From a virus, in the IMG/VR virus record IMGVR_UViG_3300000956_000001, positions 1 through 64,000 of that record: a stretch of 64,000 nt of DNA. One strand, given 5' to 3'. A program made the position numbers and the translations under genes. Positions 29,688 to 39,969 of this stretch are shown piece by piece (the stretch's first letter is position 1; each line of letters starts with the position of its first letter). The notes beneath the pieces were generated by a model. It was not told where the DNA came from, ran no database searches, and worked only from the letters and a program-made list of their open reading frames with translations.

Positions 29688-30064
29688 TCCAGTCGCCTCT
29701 GTTTCCAGATTAGAATGCGAAGTCGGTCCGGAGGGATCAACATCAGGTCTTTATACTTCTCCATGTCATCAGCGCACATCAGTCCGCCCATGCATAGAAC
29801 TTCCAGCGCGCGTCCGAGTTCAGCGTCCTCGGCGGCAGCTTCCTGCACCTTCGACGTTTGCTGTAGAGCAGTTCGTGACGGCAGAGTTGGTGGCGATACC
29901 ACTGTAGGCAGCGCCCTCATCACGAACTTCTTTGGTTCCGGAGGTGTCTCGGATTTCACAGTCTTAGCGGGCGCCCTGATGACCTTCGTCTTTGGCTTTG
30001 TAGCTATGCACGTACAGGGCATGCTACCGCAGAACATGCACGGATCGACCGTCATGCGTCCCAT
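29648..30064 (-). CDS. Hypothetical protein, leaderless
   Basis: CMFCGSMPCTC; TGcTAGGAT at 30079-30071 lies 6 nt before the ATG. Confidence 0.55.
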   Translation of the reverse strand: MGRMTVDPCMFCGSMPCTCIATKPKTKVIRAPAKTVKSETPPEPKKFVMRALPTVVSPPTLPSRTALQQTSKVQEAAAEDAELGRALEVLCMGGLMCADDMEKYKDLMLIPPDRLRILIWKQRRLEWQLNASTTPRRI

Positions 30065-30079
30065 ACGGGTATCCTAGCA

Positions 30080-30439
30080 CTACCTATCGTAATATGCAAG
30101 CCCGTCCTTATCGCGACGTTCGTATAGCACTTCATCGCTAGCTCGCAAAACTTCGAGACGATCAATCTCGTCGCAGATCCTTGTAGCCCAGGCGGCCCTC
30201 TTGTCTGCAGGTATTCTGTTCATAGAGCCGTACATAAGCTTGCGTTCGAGTCGTTCGATATCGCGAGAGATCTTCCATCGCATATGCTGTTGCGGATGTT
30301 TCTTCGTGTCGAACTGTGGACACACGCGAAACCTGCCGATCTCGCATTTGCACTGATTGCACTGTTCGCACCATTTGCCGCAGTACAGACACAGTCCGAT
30401 TCCAGACTGGACAACGTGATAGCGTTCCATCACGAACAT
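30080..30439 (-). CDS. Cys-rich hypothetical protein
   Basis: CLYC..WC..C..C.C. Confidence 0.5.
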   Translation of the reverse strand: MFVMERYHVVQSGIGLCLYCGKWCEQCNQCKCEIGRFRVCPQFDTKKHPQQHMRWKISRDIERLERKLMYGSMNRIPADKRAAWATRICDEIDRLEVLRASDEVLYERRDKDGLAYYDR

Positions 30440-31317
30440 CAGAACATCGCAATCGGGAACATCGCCTCGTCATCCTCACTCGGCGTAGGGCCAGCGATAG
30501 TGTTGATGCGATTCACGGTGACTCCAAACATACTGGCCAGATCCTCAGGGCGCATGCCCTGCTTGTGAATGCCGTCCTGGATCATCGTGCGCTCGGCTAC
30601 GGTGAAGTCTCGGACTGGCGTAAGGATATCGGCCTTAGGCTTCACAGTCTTCTTGGCTGCCTTCAGCGGCGCGCGTGTCTTAACCGGCTCAGGTTCGGGC
30701 TTGGCGTAGGCGAGCGGCGCCGCGGGGTAGTAGTTGTAGCCAGGCGTTGCCTCCCAGGGGATTTGCCCTGTGCGCATCTGCCAGCGCTTGTGCGCATGAA
30801 GAAGGATGTCGTCACGTGAACGGAAGTATGGAATCGACATGAATGCAAGGCACATTGCGGTTCCGAATGCCTCATGCTTTGCTTTGAGTTGACCCATCTC
30901 GGGAAGATTCAAATCCAGAATCCTGTCGATCTGCCCATCCAGTAGATCCCACATCTTCTGCAGGACGGTCTTGCCGGACGGCATCATATCCGGCTTAACT
31001 TCAGCAGGACAGATATGACCATCCAACTCGCGACATGCCGACTCCTCGGTGCTGCCGTACGCGACAGCCATACACTCAGTGTTGGCATCACAGAAGTACG
31101 TGTAGTGATATCGAACGTCAGGGCCAATCCTGACAGTCGATTTGGTGATGCCCCTGGGAGGAGTTGCCCAGAAGGTCTCGCGGTCGAATCCCATTCTCAT
31201 CTCCCAGAACATCTTGCTTGGCTTGCCGCAGGAAGGGTGGACCCACCATTGATCTCCAATGTGAGCCCACCCCGACTGGGTATCGCATGTGCAGTACATC
31301 ATCCCAGCAATTTCCAC
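30439..31317 (-). CDS. Hypothetical protein with C-terminal HTH
   Basis: GMRPEDLASMFGVTVNRINTI. Confidence 0.6.
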   Translation of the reverse strand: MEIAGMMYCTCDTQSGWAHIGDQWWVHPSCGKPSKMFWEMRMGFDRETFWATPPRGITKSTVRIGPDVRYHYTYFCDANTECMAVAYGSTEESACRELDGHICPAEVKPDMMPSGKTVLQKMWDLLDGQIDRILDLNLPEMGQLKAKHEAFGTAMCLAFMSIPYFRSRDDILLHAHKRWQMRTGQIPWEATPGYNYYPAAPLAYAKPEPEPVKTRAPLKAAKKTVKPKADILTPVRDFTVAERTMIQDGIHKQGMRPEDLASMFGVTVNRINTIAGPTPSEDDEAMFPIAMF

Positions 31318-31382
31318 GCCGCCGCCACGAGAACGATAACCAGTGCGGCCAGCTGTAAGAATCCACGCCAGTGTCCCATTAC

Positions 31383-31598
31383 CTACTCCGTCCTATCCCT
31401 GCGCGCGTCCAGTACGCGACACCGTGCTGCCAGAATTTCGGACGGGCTGGCGCTGAGAAGGATTCGCCGTGCCGAACGGCGGGCCATCATGCCATGGAAC
31501 TTCTTGCTTGCAGCATCAACTGACCAAATGAAACCGAGAACGACGAACATCCAGACGATGACGATGAGATACCAGATGAGTTCAGGTGCGGTCGGCAC
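31383..31598 (-). CDS. Small membrane protein
   Basis: LIWYLIVIVWMFVVLGFIW; AGGAGG RBS. Confidence 0.55.
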   Translation of the reverse strand: MPTAPELIWYLIVIVWMFVVLGFIWSVDAASKKFHGMMARRSARRILLSASPSEILAARCRVLDARRDRTE

Positions 31599-31607
31599 GA
31601 CTTCCTC

Positions 31608-32066
31608 CTATTCCAGTTCGTCATCCTCGGCGAACTCGTCCTGCGGTTCCTGTTTCTCGAGATCTTTGATGCGATCCTCGGCACTGCGGTGTCGGTGGCC
31701 GAGGTCCACGTGCGAGATGTTGTCGTGCATGAGTCGTGCTGTTGGCTCGTCCACCGCATTCAGAACACTCACCAGGATGCCGTGTCGATCCGCGAGGTGC
31801 TGCTTCACGCTTGCGTCAGCAGGAATGACGCGAACCCAACGCTTTACGACACGCTTTTTGCGGATGCGTGGGCTCTCGACGCACGATTCAATCTCGATAA
31901 GCCTGACGATCTGGGTGTTGCCGTGAACACGAATAGCAACGCCATCCGCGCTCACGGCCAGAATCTTGCCTTCGATCTGAACCGCGTCGTCAGCCTGACC
32001 GAGGCTGAGGCGCATCACCACGTACTTCTTGAAGTACCGGTGCAGGTCATTGATGTGTACTGGCAT
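31608..32066 (-). CDS. Hypothetical protein (Sm-like N-terminus possible)
   Basis: IEGKILAVSADGVAIR; acidic tail. Confidence 0.55.
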   Translation of the reverse strand: MPVHINDLHRYFKKYVVMRLSLGQADDAVQIEGKILAVSADGVAIRVHGNTQIVRLIEIESCVESPRIRKKRVVKRWVRVIPADASVKQHLADRHGILVSVLNAVDEPTARLMHDNISHVDLGHRHRSAEDRIKDLEKQEPQDEFAEDDELE

Positions 32067-32067
32067 T

Positions 32068-35010
32068 CTACCTCGCTGTCAGGATTTTTCCGATGAATTC
32101 AATCACCTTGATGACGTCTTCGTCGGAATCCACTCGAACTGTAGGCAAGCCATACCTCGATGGTGAATCAGTCTGGATGCCGACGCAGACGAGGTGAATA
32201 CCCTGTCGCTTGTATTCCTTGATCTCACGCTCAAGAATGACGAGTTCTTCATCCTTGTTCGCGGCTGGCATCTGACCATCCGTGAAGTAGATCACGATTC
32301 GGTCGGTTGCCCTGTGCTGCATTGCGATTTTGCGGTAGTACTCGAAGCTGTGACCGTCGAGGTTGTCACTGATCGGAAGTACGCTCGCCAGCTTCTCCTT
32401 GGCGGCATCATTCCACGCCTCGTGTTCCTCCTTGAACGGAAGGAAGTAGTTGTAGAACTGCGTACCGCTACCCATGGGCCGGAATGGCTTCAACGGAGAA
32501 GGGAATGCGCTGTGCATATAGCCAGCCCACGGCACGCCGACGCGAGTCAACAGATCCGACAGGCCGTGCATAATGCGCTTGATCTTCTCGTTCCGCATGT
32601 TGCGGTCCGTGCTGAATGAAGCGTCGCCACCCAGGATCACGAAGTAGTCTCGCTTTGCAGGGACGACCTTCTTCTGGAACAACCTTGGATCATTGACCGG
32701 CGCTCGTCTACCCAGCACGCGGGTGTTGATGCGACCAGACTTGCGGTTGCGGTCGTGTGCTGCGCGGAGGTTGTCATCGAAGACGCGGCGTGACTGTAGT
32801 ACGACACGTCCGATGAGTGATTCCGCAGGGGCGAATAGCTCTGGCAAATCCTCAATGGCGCAACCGTGATGCTGTGCCGCCATGGTCGGATCCCACTTGA
32901 TCCCCCAGTGTGGGTACTCTGCTATCTCGTTGCCAGCGACTTCGATGCTGGGCGCATCGAACTGCCCAACCTGGTTGATCGCCAACTCGAGAACCCGTAG
33001 GATCTTGTAGTCGTAGTCCTTGCCATCCTCGTAGCCGAGGATCTCGGTCAGATCGTCGTCGGATAGCGTGTCCAGTAGGCCGTCACGATCGCCAGCACCG
33101 TGAACCAAGAACTTGGATAGGTCCCGTGCTACATCGTCCGGGGTGCCGTGATCCATGTCGGATGAAGCATCCTGCGCCTGGCTCTGCGTTGGGGTCGGCA
33201 TCGGACCGTGCTGCTGCGAGCCAGCACTGCCGAAGATGTCCTCCTGGTTGTCGATATCCCAGGGGTTGTCCGACTCTAGATCCAGAGGGTAGTCAGGCTC
33301 CCCATCTTCGGCCTCGACCTCAGCATCAGAGTCGCTATCGCCGTCTGAGGCCACAACCTCGTCACTTCGATCATCTCTTGCTGTCGGCTCGACATCCCGT
33401 CCAGCGCATGACTCTGATGGAATGATCTCTCCGTCAGCACCCACTTCCGATGGCGCCTCGTTCCCGGCATTGCCGACTTGACTTTCCAGTTCACCGCTCC
33501 CCTGAACTGTCGCACCTTGCTCACCCGACCCACTGATACCAGCAGCGTCGGTCGAGTTGGATTGCGCATCAGATGACGAATCAGCCATGCCTGCTTCAGG
33601 GCTGGAACCCTCTCCAGGAACGTCTCCTCCAGCTGATGCGCTGTCAGACACGGACGGATCGCCTTCACTGACCTGATCGCCAGGTGATCCCCCGGAGGAA
33701 GGAAGTGATGTACCGTCATCTAGTCCTTCACCTCCACTACCAGCCCCCGCTCCTTCAGATCCTCCAGTAGAATCTGCATCGCCCGAATCGCTTCCCCCTG
33801 GACCTGAATCAGTTCCGTCGCTTCCCGAATCGCTGTCGCTTGTTCCTGGATCAGCTGATCCTTGCTCGCCAGCTTCGCTCTCAGGTCCTCCAGAGCCATC
33901 ACTGACCGAGTCATCGGTACCGGAGGAGGATCCGGAATCTCCTTCGCCGGTGCCGGAATCCCCAGGATCCCCGCCGGACTCAGGCCCGCCCTCGCCATCG
34001 CCTGCCTCATCGCCAGACCCCTCGGCGTCTCCATCGTCGCCAGTTTCGCCATTTCCCTCAGGCTGAGGCTCGGCTGGGGGGTCCACAGGATCCTCAGGTT
34101 CGCGGACACACTTCGGAACCAAGCAGAAACCAAGTTCCTGCGCACGTCGGAACACCTCCAAACTCAATACGAAGATGCCGTGCGCATCCTCGACAAACAG
34201 TGCTCGATTGCAGATGTTGATGATCTTACTGTCAGCCAGCGCAATCTGCACATCAGGATGCAGTGTGTCCTGCGTCTGATAGTTTGCGGCTACCATCTGC
34301 AGGCCGATCATGAACTGCGAGTCGAGTGGCGCCTCTGACCAGGACAGATACTGATCGATACCGACCTCGGAGCCCTCAGTAAGGAGGCGCTCCATGTTCA
34401 TCGTGAAGATGTGCTCCATGCCGGGCCGCGCCGTGAACGTCATCCGATTGACTCGACAGTCCTCAAGTACATTGAAGATCATCGGAAGGTACGGATTGAG
34501 CACGTTCAACAGGGTCATCGAGTCGCACGTCCGGCTGCGCACGTAGCCGAGTTCGTTGCGAACAAAGCTCCAGTGCTCGCAGTCATAGTGATGCCACTCG
34601 TTGATGTATTCTTGAGTCAGATCGAAGGACTGTCTTGAAGCCTCAATCTGCGTCTTGCCAGCAATATGCGCAATCTCATGGAACAGGTAGAAATCGATAA
34701 CCTCACGGATCTGGCACGCCTGACATACCTGTTTGCCAGAAGCATCTCGTTCACCACACTTCGAGCGAAGATGGGGCGTCTTGGACGCAAGCCCCAATGG
34801 CGGCCGAATGAAGATCTTGTTGCCCTTGGTGTGCGGAGTGTCGGTTGTGATCTCAACCTGCACCTTGGCGTTACCCGTCGCAGTGCGCGCGAAGTGAACG
34901 AGCTGTGGCATCATGCCACGAAGAACCTGAACGGCCTTCCATGCAGTCTCTTGTGCGGTAGGATCAAATCCAGGCACTCCCCTACCGCTCCTAGACCTTG
35001 CCCTTGCCAT
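32068..35010 (-). CDS. CobT-like vWA-domain partner of the MoxR ATPase
   Basis: N-terminal HEIAH...LEDCRV, a long acidic Gly/Ser linker, and a C-terminal vWA domain (DASFS...FTDG...CVGI). Start MARAR at 35010 after AAAGGGAGG. Confidence 0.8.
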   Translation of the reverse strand: MARARSRSGRGVPGFDPTAQETAWKAVQVLRGMMPQLVHFARTATGNAKVQVEITTDTPHTKGNKIFIRPPLGLASKTPHLRSKCGERDASGKQVCQACQIREVIDFYLFHEIAHIAGKTQIEASRQSFDLTQEYINEWHHYDCEHWSFVRNELGYVRSRTCDSMTLLNVLNPYLPMIFNVLEDCRVNRMTFTARPGMEHIFTMNMERLLTEGSEVGIDQYLSWSEAPLDSQFMIGLQMVAANYQTQDTLHPDVQIALADSKIINICNRALFVEDAHGIFVLSLEVFRRAQELGFCLVPKCVREPEDPVDPPAEPQPEGNGETGDDGDAEGSGDEAGDGEGGPESGGDPGDSGTGEGDSGSSSGTDDSVSDGSGGPESEAGEQGSADPGTSDSDSGSDGTDSGPGGSDSGDADSTGGSEGAGAGSGGEGLDDGTSLPSSGGSPGDQVSEGDPSVSDSASAGGDVPGEGSSPEAGMADSSSDAQSNSTDAAGISGSGEQGATVQGSGELESQVGNAGNEAPSEVGADGEIIPSESCAGRDVEPTARDDRSDEVVASDGDSDSDAEVEAEDGEPDYPLDLESDNPWDIDNQEDIFGSAGSQQHGPMPTPTQSQAQDASSDMDHGTPDDVARDLSKFLVHGAGDRDGLLDTLSDDDLTEILGYEDGKDYDYKILRVLELAINQVGQFDAPSIEVAGNEIAEYPHWGIKWDPTMAAQHHGCAIEDLPELFAPAESLIGRVVLQSRRVFDDNLRAAHDRNRKSGRINTRVLGRRAPVNDPRLFQKKVVPAKRDYFVILGGDASFSTDRNMRNEKIKRIMHGLSDLLTRVGVPWAGYMHSAFPSPLKPFRPMGSGTQFYNYFLPFKEEHEAWNDAAKEKLASVLPISDNLDGHSFEYYRKIAMQHRATDRIVIYFTDGQMPAANKDEELVILEREIKEYKRQGIHLVCVGIQTDSPSRYGLPTVRVDSDEDVIKVIEFIGKILTAR

Positions 35011-35103
35011 GCGATCACCTCCCTTTTCACTGACACTCGGTACTGACACTCTAGGGGGTGCCACGGAGCCTGCCGATCCGTGGCACCTGACTAGTGGGTC
35101 AGG

Positions 35104-35370
35104 CTACATGTTTGCGACGGCGCCGAGCGTGTCGGTTGTCGGAGCTTCGTCGTCGTCCTCGGACTCGACGTCGTCATCCTCGTCATCTTCGTCATCCGCC
35201 TGGGGCACGTCGGCGAAACGTCCGATGAGGTCGATCTCCTCGTCGGTGTAGACGGGATGGCCGTCCTCGATCGCCAGTCGGTCGAGGCCGCCGACGAGGT
35301 CCCCGAGGGTCTGCAGCTCGTCCTCGCCGAGGTCCTCGATCAGTTCGTTGAGTGCGCGCGGATCCTTCAT
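35104..35370 (-). CDS. Acidic hypothetical protein
   Basis: High GC3, GAGGAG RBS, start MKDP. Confidence 0.55.
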   Translation of the reverse strand: MKDPRALNELIEDLGEDELQTLGDLVGGLDRLAIEDGHPVYTDEEIDLIGRFADVPQADDEDDEDDDVESEDDDEAPTTDTLGAVANM

Positions 35371-35542
35371 TCCATCTCCTCGTTGGTTGATGTGTCCACC
35401 TCGTAACCGGAGGGTACGGGTGCGTACGGGTCCAGGCACCAGGCCAGTTCGGGCGTGATCTCCGGCTCGGCCTTTGGCCTATGAAGTCTGGGCTCCCGGT
35501 CGTCGGGAAGGTCGCCCAGGATGTGCACGATACGAGGCATTC

Positions 35543-37171
35543 TTACTCCGTGAAGTGAGAGTTGATAGTAGTTGTCATCGCCTCCCACTGCGCGGGTTCG
35601 AGCGCGTCTCCGATTGCCCGACGATAAGCCGTGACTGGATCGAAGTACCTCAGGGAGCGGACGAGTTTGATCTGATGACGAAGGCCCCAACTGGTGTGCA
35701 GAACGCCATTTGCGGCCGATTCACGAAGCTCCTTGGCGGCTGCCATGACGGACTTCATCTGCTTCTCCGGGACCACCCAACGGTCGCGCTCAACACGACG
35801 CTGGAGAATCTTGATCTCCAGCTCCTCGGGCGGATAGTCGAAGAACACATGGGACATGCGACTGTTATCGGCATCGGCAATCATCTGTGCGCCGACATTC
35901 AGTACGCCCCACTGAGGATTCATCGCCATGAAGAAGTAGCAGTCATCATGACGGTAGTACTTCTGGTCGTGCAGGTGGGCGAGCTTCAGGGTCTTCCGAT
36001 TGTCCATGAGTGGACGGAAGAGTTGCCAGATCTCTGCAGGTGCAGTGTTGGGCTCGTCGGCAAGCAGGATACCCGGCCTCGACCACCCGATTGGCAGCTC
36101 CCCGAGGTGAGCTACCGTCTCGCCGTTCTCGAAGAGCATCTTTCCTGCAACGCTATCGATCTCGGAGCTACCGTCGAGGCCGATATACCGGAATGGCGCC
36201 TGCATTTTCCAGGCGATCCATCGACCCATTTCGGTCTTGCCAGTACCGGCCGCTCCCCACGCAGCTGGCACCTCGTCCAGTTTCATGAACAGAACGGCGA
36301 AGGTGTACAGCAGTCCACCGTGATCTGCGTAGTCCTCAGGAGCCTCGCGATCACCAGTGTTCGGGATCAAGTCAAGGTCGTCATCATCGAACAGACGCTT
36401 CTTTGACTTGCCATCAGGCGTCAAGACCATGGCATCACGATCGAAGATGGGCAGGTATACAGGCTCCCCGTACCCCTTGGGGTCTTCGACCTTGCGCCAA
36501 GCGCGGATGCCTCGCTTGAGGCGCATTGCATCACTGACTGGACGATCGGTCTGGTAATCCTTGGGGTCGACGAAGTGTGTGAGTGATGACTCGTACTGTT
36601 GCGCGACGTCGATCTCGCCGAATGTTGCACTGTACTGCGGAAAGAAAACAAACGTCTTCAGTGGGTCAACCGGGCGGATGCCAACCTGACGTCGGAAGGT
36701 GCCGCACTTCTGTGCGTACAGATTCAGACGCGCGTTGGGCATAAGCGATCCGGTCGCTCGGCACAGACTGCCAGTCCAGCCGGTAACCTTCTTGACCTCA
36801 ACCTGGTCGACGTAGTTCACGCAGCTGATACAGTTCGGAGCGTCGCTTGCGTCCGGGAAGGATCGATGTGCCGACGCTGCCTCTGCATCCATGCCGACTC
36901 GCAGAATCGGTGCAGAGTTGGGACCAAGCGGCGTGATCTCGCCAGAGTATCCGAAGTCGCCACAGTTAGCGGCAATCTTCTTCAGAACCCTGCGACTTGT
37001 GTCGGCACCCTGCACTGGCTGGATGAGGGGCAGCATCTTGAGACCACAGACAGGCGAGGCGATGTTCGTCGACAGCGCATTCGTTTGAGCAGCGCCCGTG
37101 AGGAACGAGGGACACGTACGGCACGTGCGCTCGACTGTCGTTGGTCCAGTGGCGGTCGTGGCAGTAGTCAC
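35543..37171 (-). CDS. MoxR/CobS-family AAA+ ATPase with Cys-rich N-terminal extension
   Basis: Walker A GAAGTGKT, Walker B LLADEPN, FFMAMNP; adjacent to the vWA gene. Confidence 0.85.
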   Translation of the reverse strand: MTTATTATGPTTVERTCRTCPSFLTGAAQTNALSTNIASPVCGLKMLPLIQPVQGADTSRRVLKKIAANCGDFGYSGEITPLGPNSAPILRVGMDAEAASAHRSFPDASDAPNCISCVNYVDQVEVKKVTGWTGSLCRATGSLMPNARLNLYAQKCGTFRRQVGIRPVDPLKTFVFFPQYSATFGEIDVAQQYESSLTHFVDPKDYQTDRPVSDAMRLKRGIRAWRKVEDPKGYGEPVYLPIFDRDAMVLTPDGKSKKRLFDDDDLDLIPNTGDREAPEDYADHGGLLYTFAVLFMKLDEVPAAWGAAGTGKTEMGRWIAWKMQAPFRYIGLDGSSEIDSVAGKMLFENGETVAHLGELPIGWSRPGILLADEPNTAPAEIWQLFRPLMDNRKTLKLAHLHDQKYYRHDDCYFFMAMNPQWGVLNVGAQMIADADNSRMSHVFFDYPPEELEIKILQRRVERDRWVVPEKQMKSVMAAAKELRESAANGVLHTSWGLRHQIKLVRSLRYFDPVTAYRRAIGDALEPAQWEAMTTTINSHFTE

Positions 37172-37428
37172 TGGAACCTCTCGGCTTGAGTTATATGGCT
37201 ATCAGGCGTGCAGGGCAACGTGAAGCAGACTCGGCTTGCGGGAACTCGGGTGAAGCTTGCCGAAGATCACGCGACCGAGGTAGTCGAGCTTCTCGATCAG
37301 CGTACCCTCCTCGCGCTTGACTACGAGCAAGACGGTTGCGGCAGCGGCCAGTACCAGGGACAACTTCAGCATAGCTTCTCCAAAGAAGGGTTACCGTTGT
37401 TGCATCGCAGGTGTTTCGCGATACGCCT

Positions 37429-37458
37429 ATCCTAGCACTAGGATCGACGGCAGTGCAA
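37429..37458 (-). promoter_or_regulatory. SigA-type promoter upstream of the AAA/vWA operon
   Basis: TTGCAC-N18-TAGGAT with extended TG. Confidence 0.55.
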
Positions 37459-37511
37459 ACGGATAAAACGGACAAAAGGGGTGCGTTACCGTTCCGTTAT
37501 AAATCACTGAG

Positions 37512-38003
37512 TTACAGAGTGAACGGATCGAACAAAATACCGCTTGCGTTTTGCGCCCCTAGCGTTGCAATGGGTGGTCGGACTATCGATGCGGGGATAT
37601 CGGCCGTCACCGTTGATTCTACCGGGCTAGCGGGGGGTGCCGTCGCGTACCGGTTGACGGGTGTCATGACGGATCGCGCTCTGGTCATGATGGTTTCCGA
37701 CATGGCACCGAAGGTAATGATTTCAGTGTCGCCAGGGTCATCGTAGGCGAGCAGTGCTGCGTACGACATATGGCCCCTGACGTACGTTACGATTGCCCCT
37801 TCGATGATTCGCTTGAAGGTCTTCCACAGGTTGAGATGAGACTGGCACGCCCATGCAGGCACGCCACTCTTGAACATGCCGACGGCTAGACTGTTGCACT
37901 CGGGCACCTCGCATGTGAGGTTCCGAATAGCAAACTCACGCCTTAGCTGGTCATCATCAACCAGGTCAAGTGTGTGTGCTCTTGATGGACGTGCGTATCC
38001 CAT
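37512..38003 (-). CDS. Hypothetical protein
   Basis: 163 aa, CEVPEC...CQSH; AGGTGAG RBS. Confidence 0.55.
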   Translation of the reverse strand: MGYARPSRAHTLDLVDDDQLRREFAIRNLTCEVPECNSLAVGMFKSGVPAWACQSHLNLWKTFKRIIEGAIVTYVRGHMSYAALLAYDDPGDTEIITFGAMSETIMTRARSVMTPVNRYATAPPASPVESTVTADIPASIVRPPIATLGAQNASGILFDPFTL

Positions 38004-38006
38004 TGC

Positions 38007-38564
38007 TCACCTACCGAGTGCGGTATTGCAGACTTTGACCTTGCTGTCGTACGCGTTCTGTAGTTCCATGAACTCGTTCGTTGCTGTTCGAGTCTTTGAC
38101 AGTGCTGCATGTAGCTCGTTGCCTGCGCGGATAAGACCCTGATGATCTTTCTCAACGATGGCAACGCGTGCACGGCTGATGATATCGGTGACCTGACTGC
38201 TCTGCGTGTTGACAGAGTTCATCAGTGGCACCATCTTTAGTGCAGTGTCGAGTGCGTCTATGCAGTCTTGTGGTACGGATGGAGCTGTGACCGTGACCGT
38301 TATCGTCTTGGTTACCGTGACTGCTGGTGCCGGTTGACGATCTGGAAGTTCGGTTGGCTTGCAACCGCGACCACAGAAGAAGAACAGGATCGCGGTGAGG
38401 ACTAACAGAATGAACGCGAGGCAGCCACGCCCGTTTGAGGCAGATTGAGGTACCGTTTGATACTCTACGGTAGGAATGACGACTGTCGGAACATCACTGA
38501 ATTCAGGCGGCGTACTGTTCGCATTAGACCGGCGAAGATCATCGATGTTGAAGTCGTCATTCAC
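38007..38564 (-). CDS. Membrane-anchored protein
   Basis: TM segment LAFILLVLTAILFFFC, Thr-rich stalk, helical ectodomain. Confidence 0.65.
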   Translation of the reverse strand: MNDDFNIDDLRRSNANSTPPEFSDVPTVVIPTVEYQTVPQSASNGRGCLAFILLVLTAILFFFCGRGCKPTELPDRQPAPAVTVTKTITVTVTAPSVPQDCIDALDTALKMVPLMNSVNTQSSQVTDIISRARVAIVEKDHQGLIRAGNELHAALSKTRTATNEFMELQNAYDSKVKVCNTALGR

Positions 38565-38566
38565 GC

Positions 38567-39679
38567 CTACTCCTTTGGTGCGTCGACCTGGTCATCGGCC
38601 TTGTCATCAGACTCCGGGGTCTGAAATGTCGGCAGGTCGATCCGCGTTGCACTGACACTCGTATCCCTTGGCGGATGAACCGCACCGAGTTTGCCGTCCT
38701 TGCTGAACACCTCGGGCACCACCGGCAGATCGTCTGGGTTATCGAAGAAGGTGTTGCCCTCCGGGACCTTGAATTCCACAGTCGGATCAGCCAGAGACCG
38801 ATACTGACCCGACGGCCAACCGTACCCCGGACGGTTGAGGCGAGCGAAGTCATCGACGCCCAGGTCTACGCCCAGCTCTGTTGCATCAAAGGGCTCCAGA
38901 TTACTTACCTCGATGTGTGTGTCGTGCTCGGTCACCCGACGATGAACCTCAAAGAGTTCCCTGGGAAGATCCAGATCGGCAGGGAACTTCTTGTCAAGGT
39001 CAAGGTTATCTGATACGTAGTTCTGTGCCAGACTGTTCTTGACCTTTTTGTCATGGGGCTTTTCGGGCCGTTCTGCCTTGGGAATCGGAGGCCTCGGAGT
39101 GAACTCCAGCTTGTTAAGCCTTCCGATGTCAATCATGCGCGGCTCCACAACGAGCCTGCTTGTATATTCGCCTGACGGCATGTCATCTGGTTCATTAACG
39201 GTGACAACCTCCACCTCAGCTTCGGGTTCAGGCTGGTCTTCCAGGTGCGTCACCTCTGCGCGCGCAATCAGCAGCTCGCCGTGCTCGCCCGTGTCGGACG
39301 CACTGTCCAGCGGCGCCAGCTCCGGACCATCGTCGTGACGCAGCGAATCAGTATCGACGGGCGCCTCGGCTACCGGGGCCGAGGCGACAGCGTCAGGATA
39401 CTCCTCCATCTCCTCCCACACCTTGGCGTACATACCGTTCTGGATGACGGTGTGAATACCCCGACCCCCGAATCCGATCTCGATATCACCCCTATCGTTG
39501 ATGTGCCAGTGGTTAAACTCGTGAGGCTCCCAGATGACGTGCACTGGCGGGTGGCTAGACGGCTTGCCGTGCAGGAACGGATGCTCCAGTACGTGGAGCT
39601 TCGTGACCTTCATCGCATTCTCCTGTCTCGTTTTGACAGACTGCCGATAACAAGTGCCTGGATAGATCCTGTTTGCCAC
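38567..39679 (-). CDS. Acidic hypothetical protein (start uncertain)
   Basis: Long ORF; an alternative start MKVTK follows AGGAG. Confidence 0.55.
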   Translation of the reverse strand: MANRIYPGTCYRQSVKTRQENAMKVTKLHVLEHPFLHGKPSSHPPVHVIWEPHEFNHWHINDRGDIEIGFGGRGIHTVIQNGMYAKVWEEMEEYPDAVASAPVAEAPVDTDSLRHDDGPELAPLDSASDTGEHGELLIARAEVTHLEDQPEPEAEVEVVTVNEPDDMPSGEYTSRLVVEPRMIDIGRLNKLEFTPRPPIPKAERPEKPHDKKVKNSLAQNYVSDNLDLDKKFPADLDLPRELFEVHRRVTEHDTHIEVSNLEPFDATELGVDLGVDDFARLNRPGYGWPSGQYRSLADPTVEFKVPEGNTFFDNPDDLPVVPEVFSKDGKLGAVHPPRDTSVSATRIDLPTFQTPESDDKADDQVDAPKE

Positions 39680-39800
39680 GGCCCCCGGTGCACGCTACCA
39701 TAGAAGCACGCAAGCGGTACACGGTCGTAAGTGCCTAATGCGTGTCCGCTCTTTGGCGAGCAGCGGACGGTAATCTCGTTGATGTGCAGGGGTGCGCAAG

Positions 39801-39835
39801 GGCCCCCGTCAGGTCGTGGCAGCCTGACGGGGGCC
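39801..39835 (-). terminator. Hairpin / terminator
   Basis: 13-bp stem GGCCCCCGTCAGG / CCTGACGGGGGCC. Confidence 0.6.
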
Positions 39836-39969
39836 TCGCTCTCTTAAAGGAGAAGGAGCATGACTGGAATTACGACAAATACTGCGCACGCCAGGGCGAC
39901 AATCGTAATTACGATGGCGAGCAAGATGCTGTCGATACTTGGCTGCTCGTCATCATGTCCAGTCACTGG

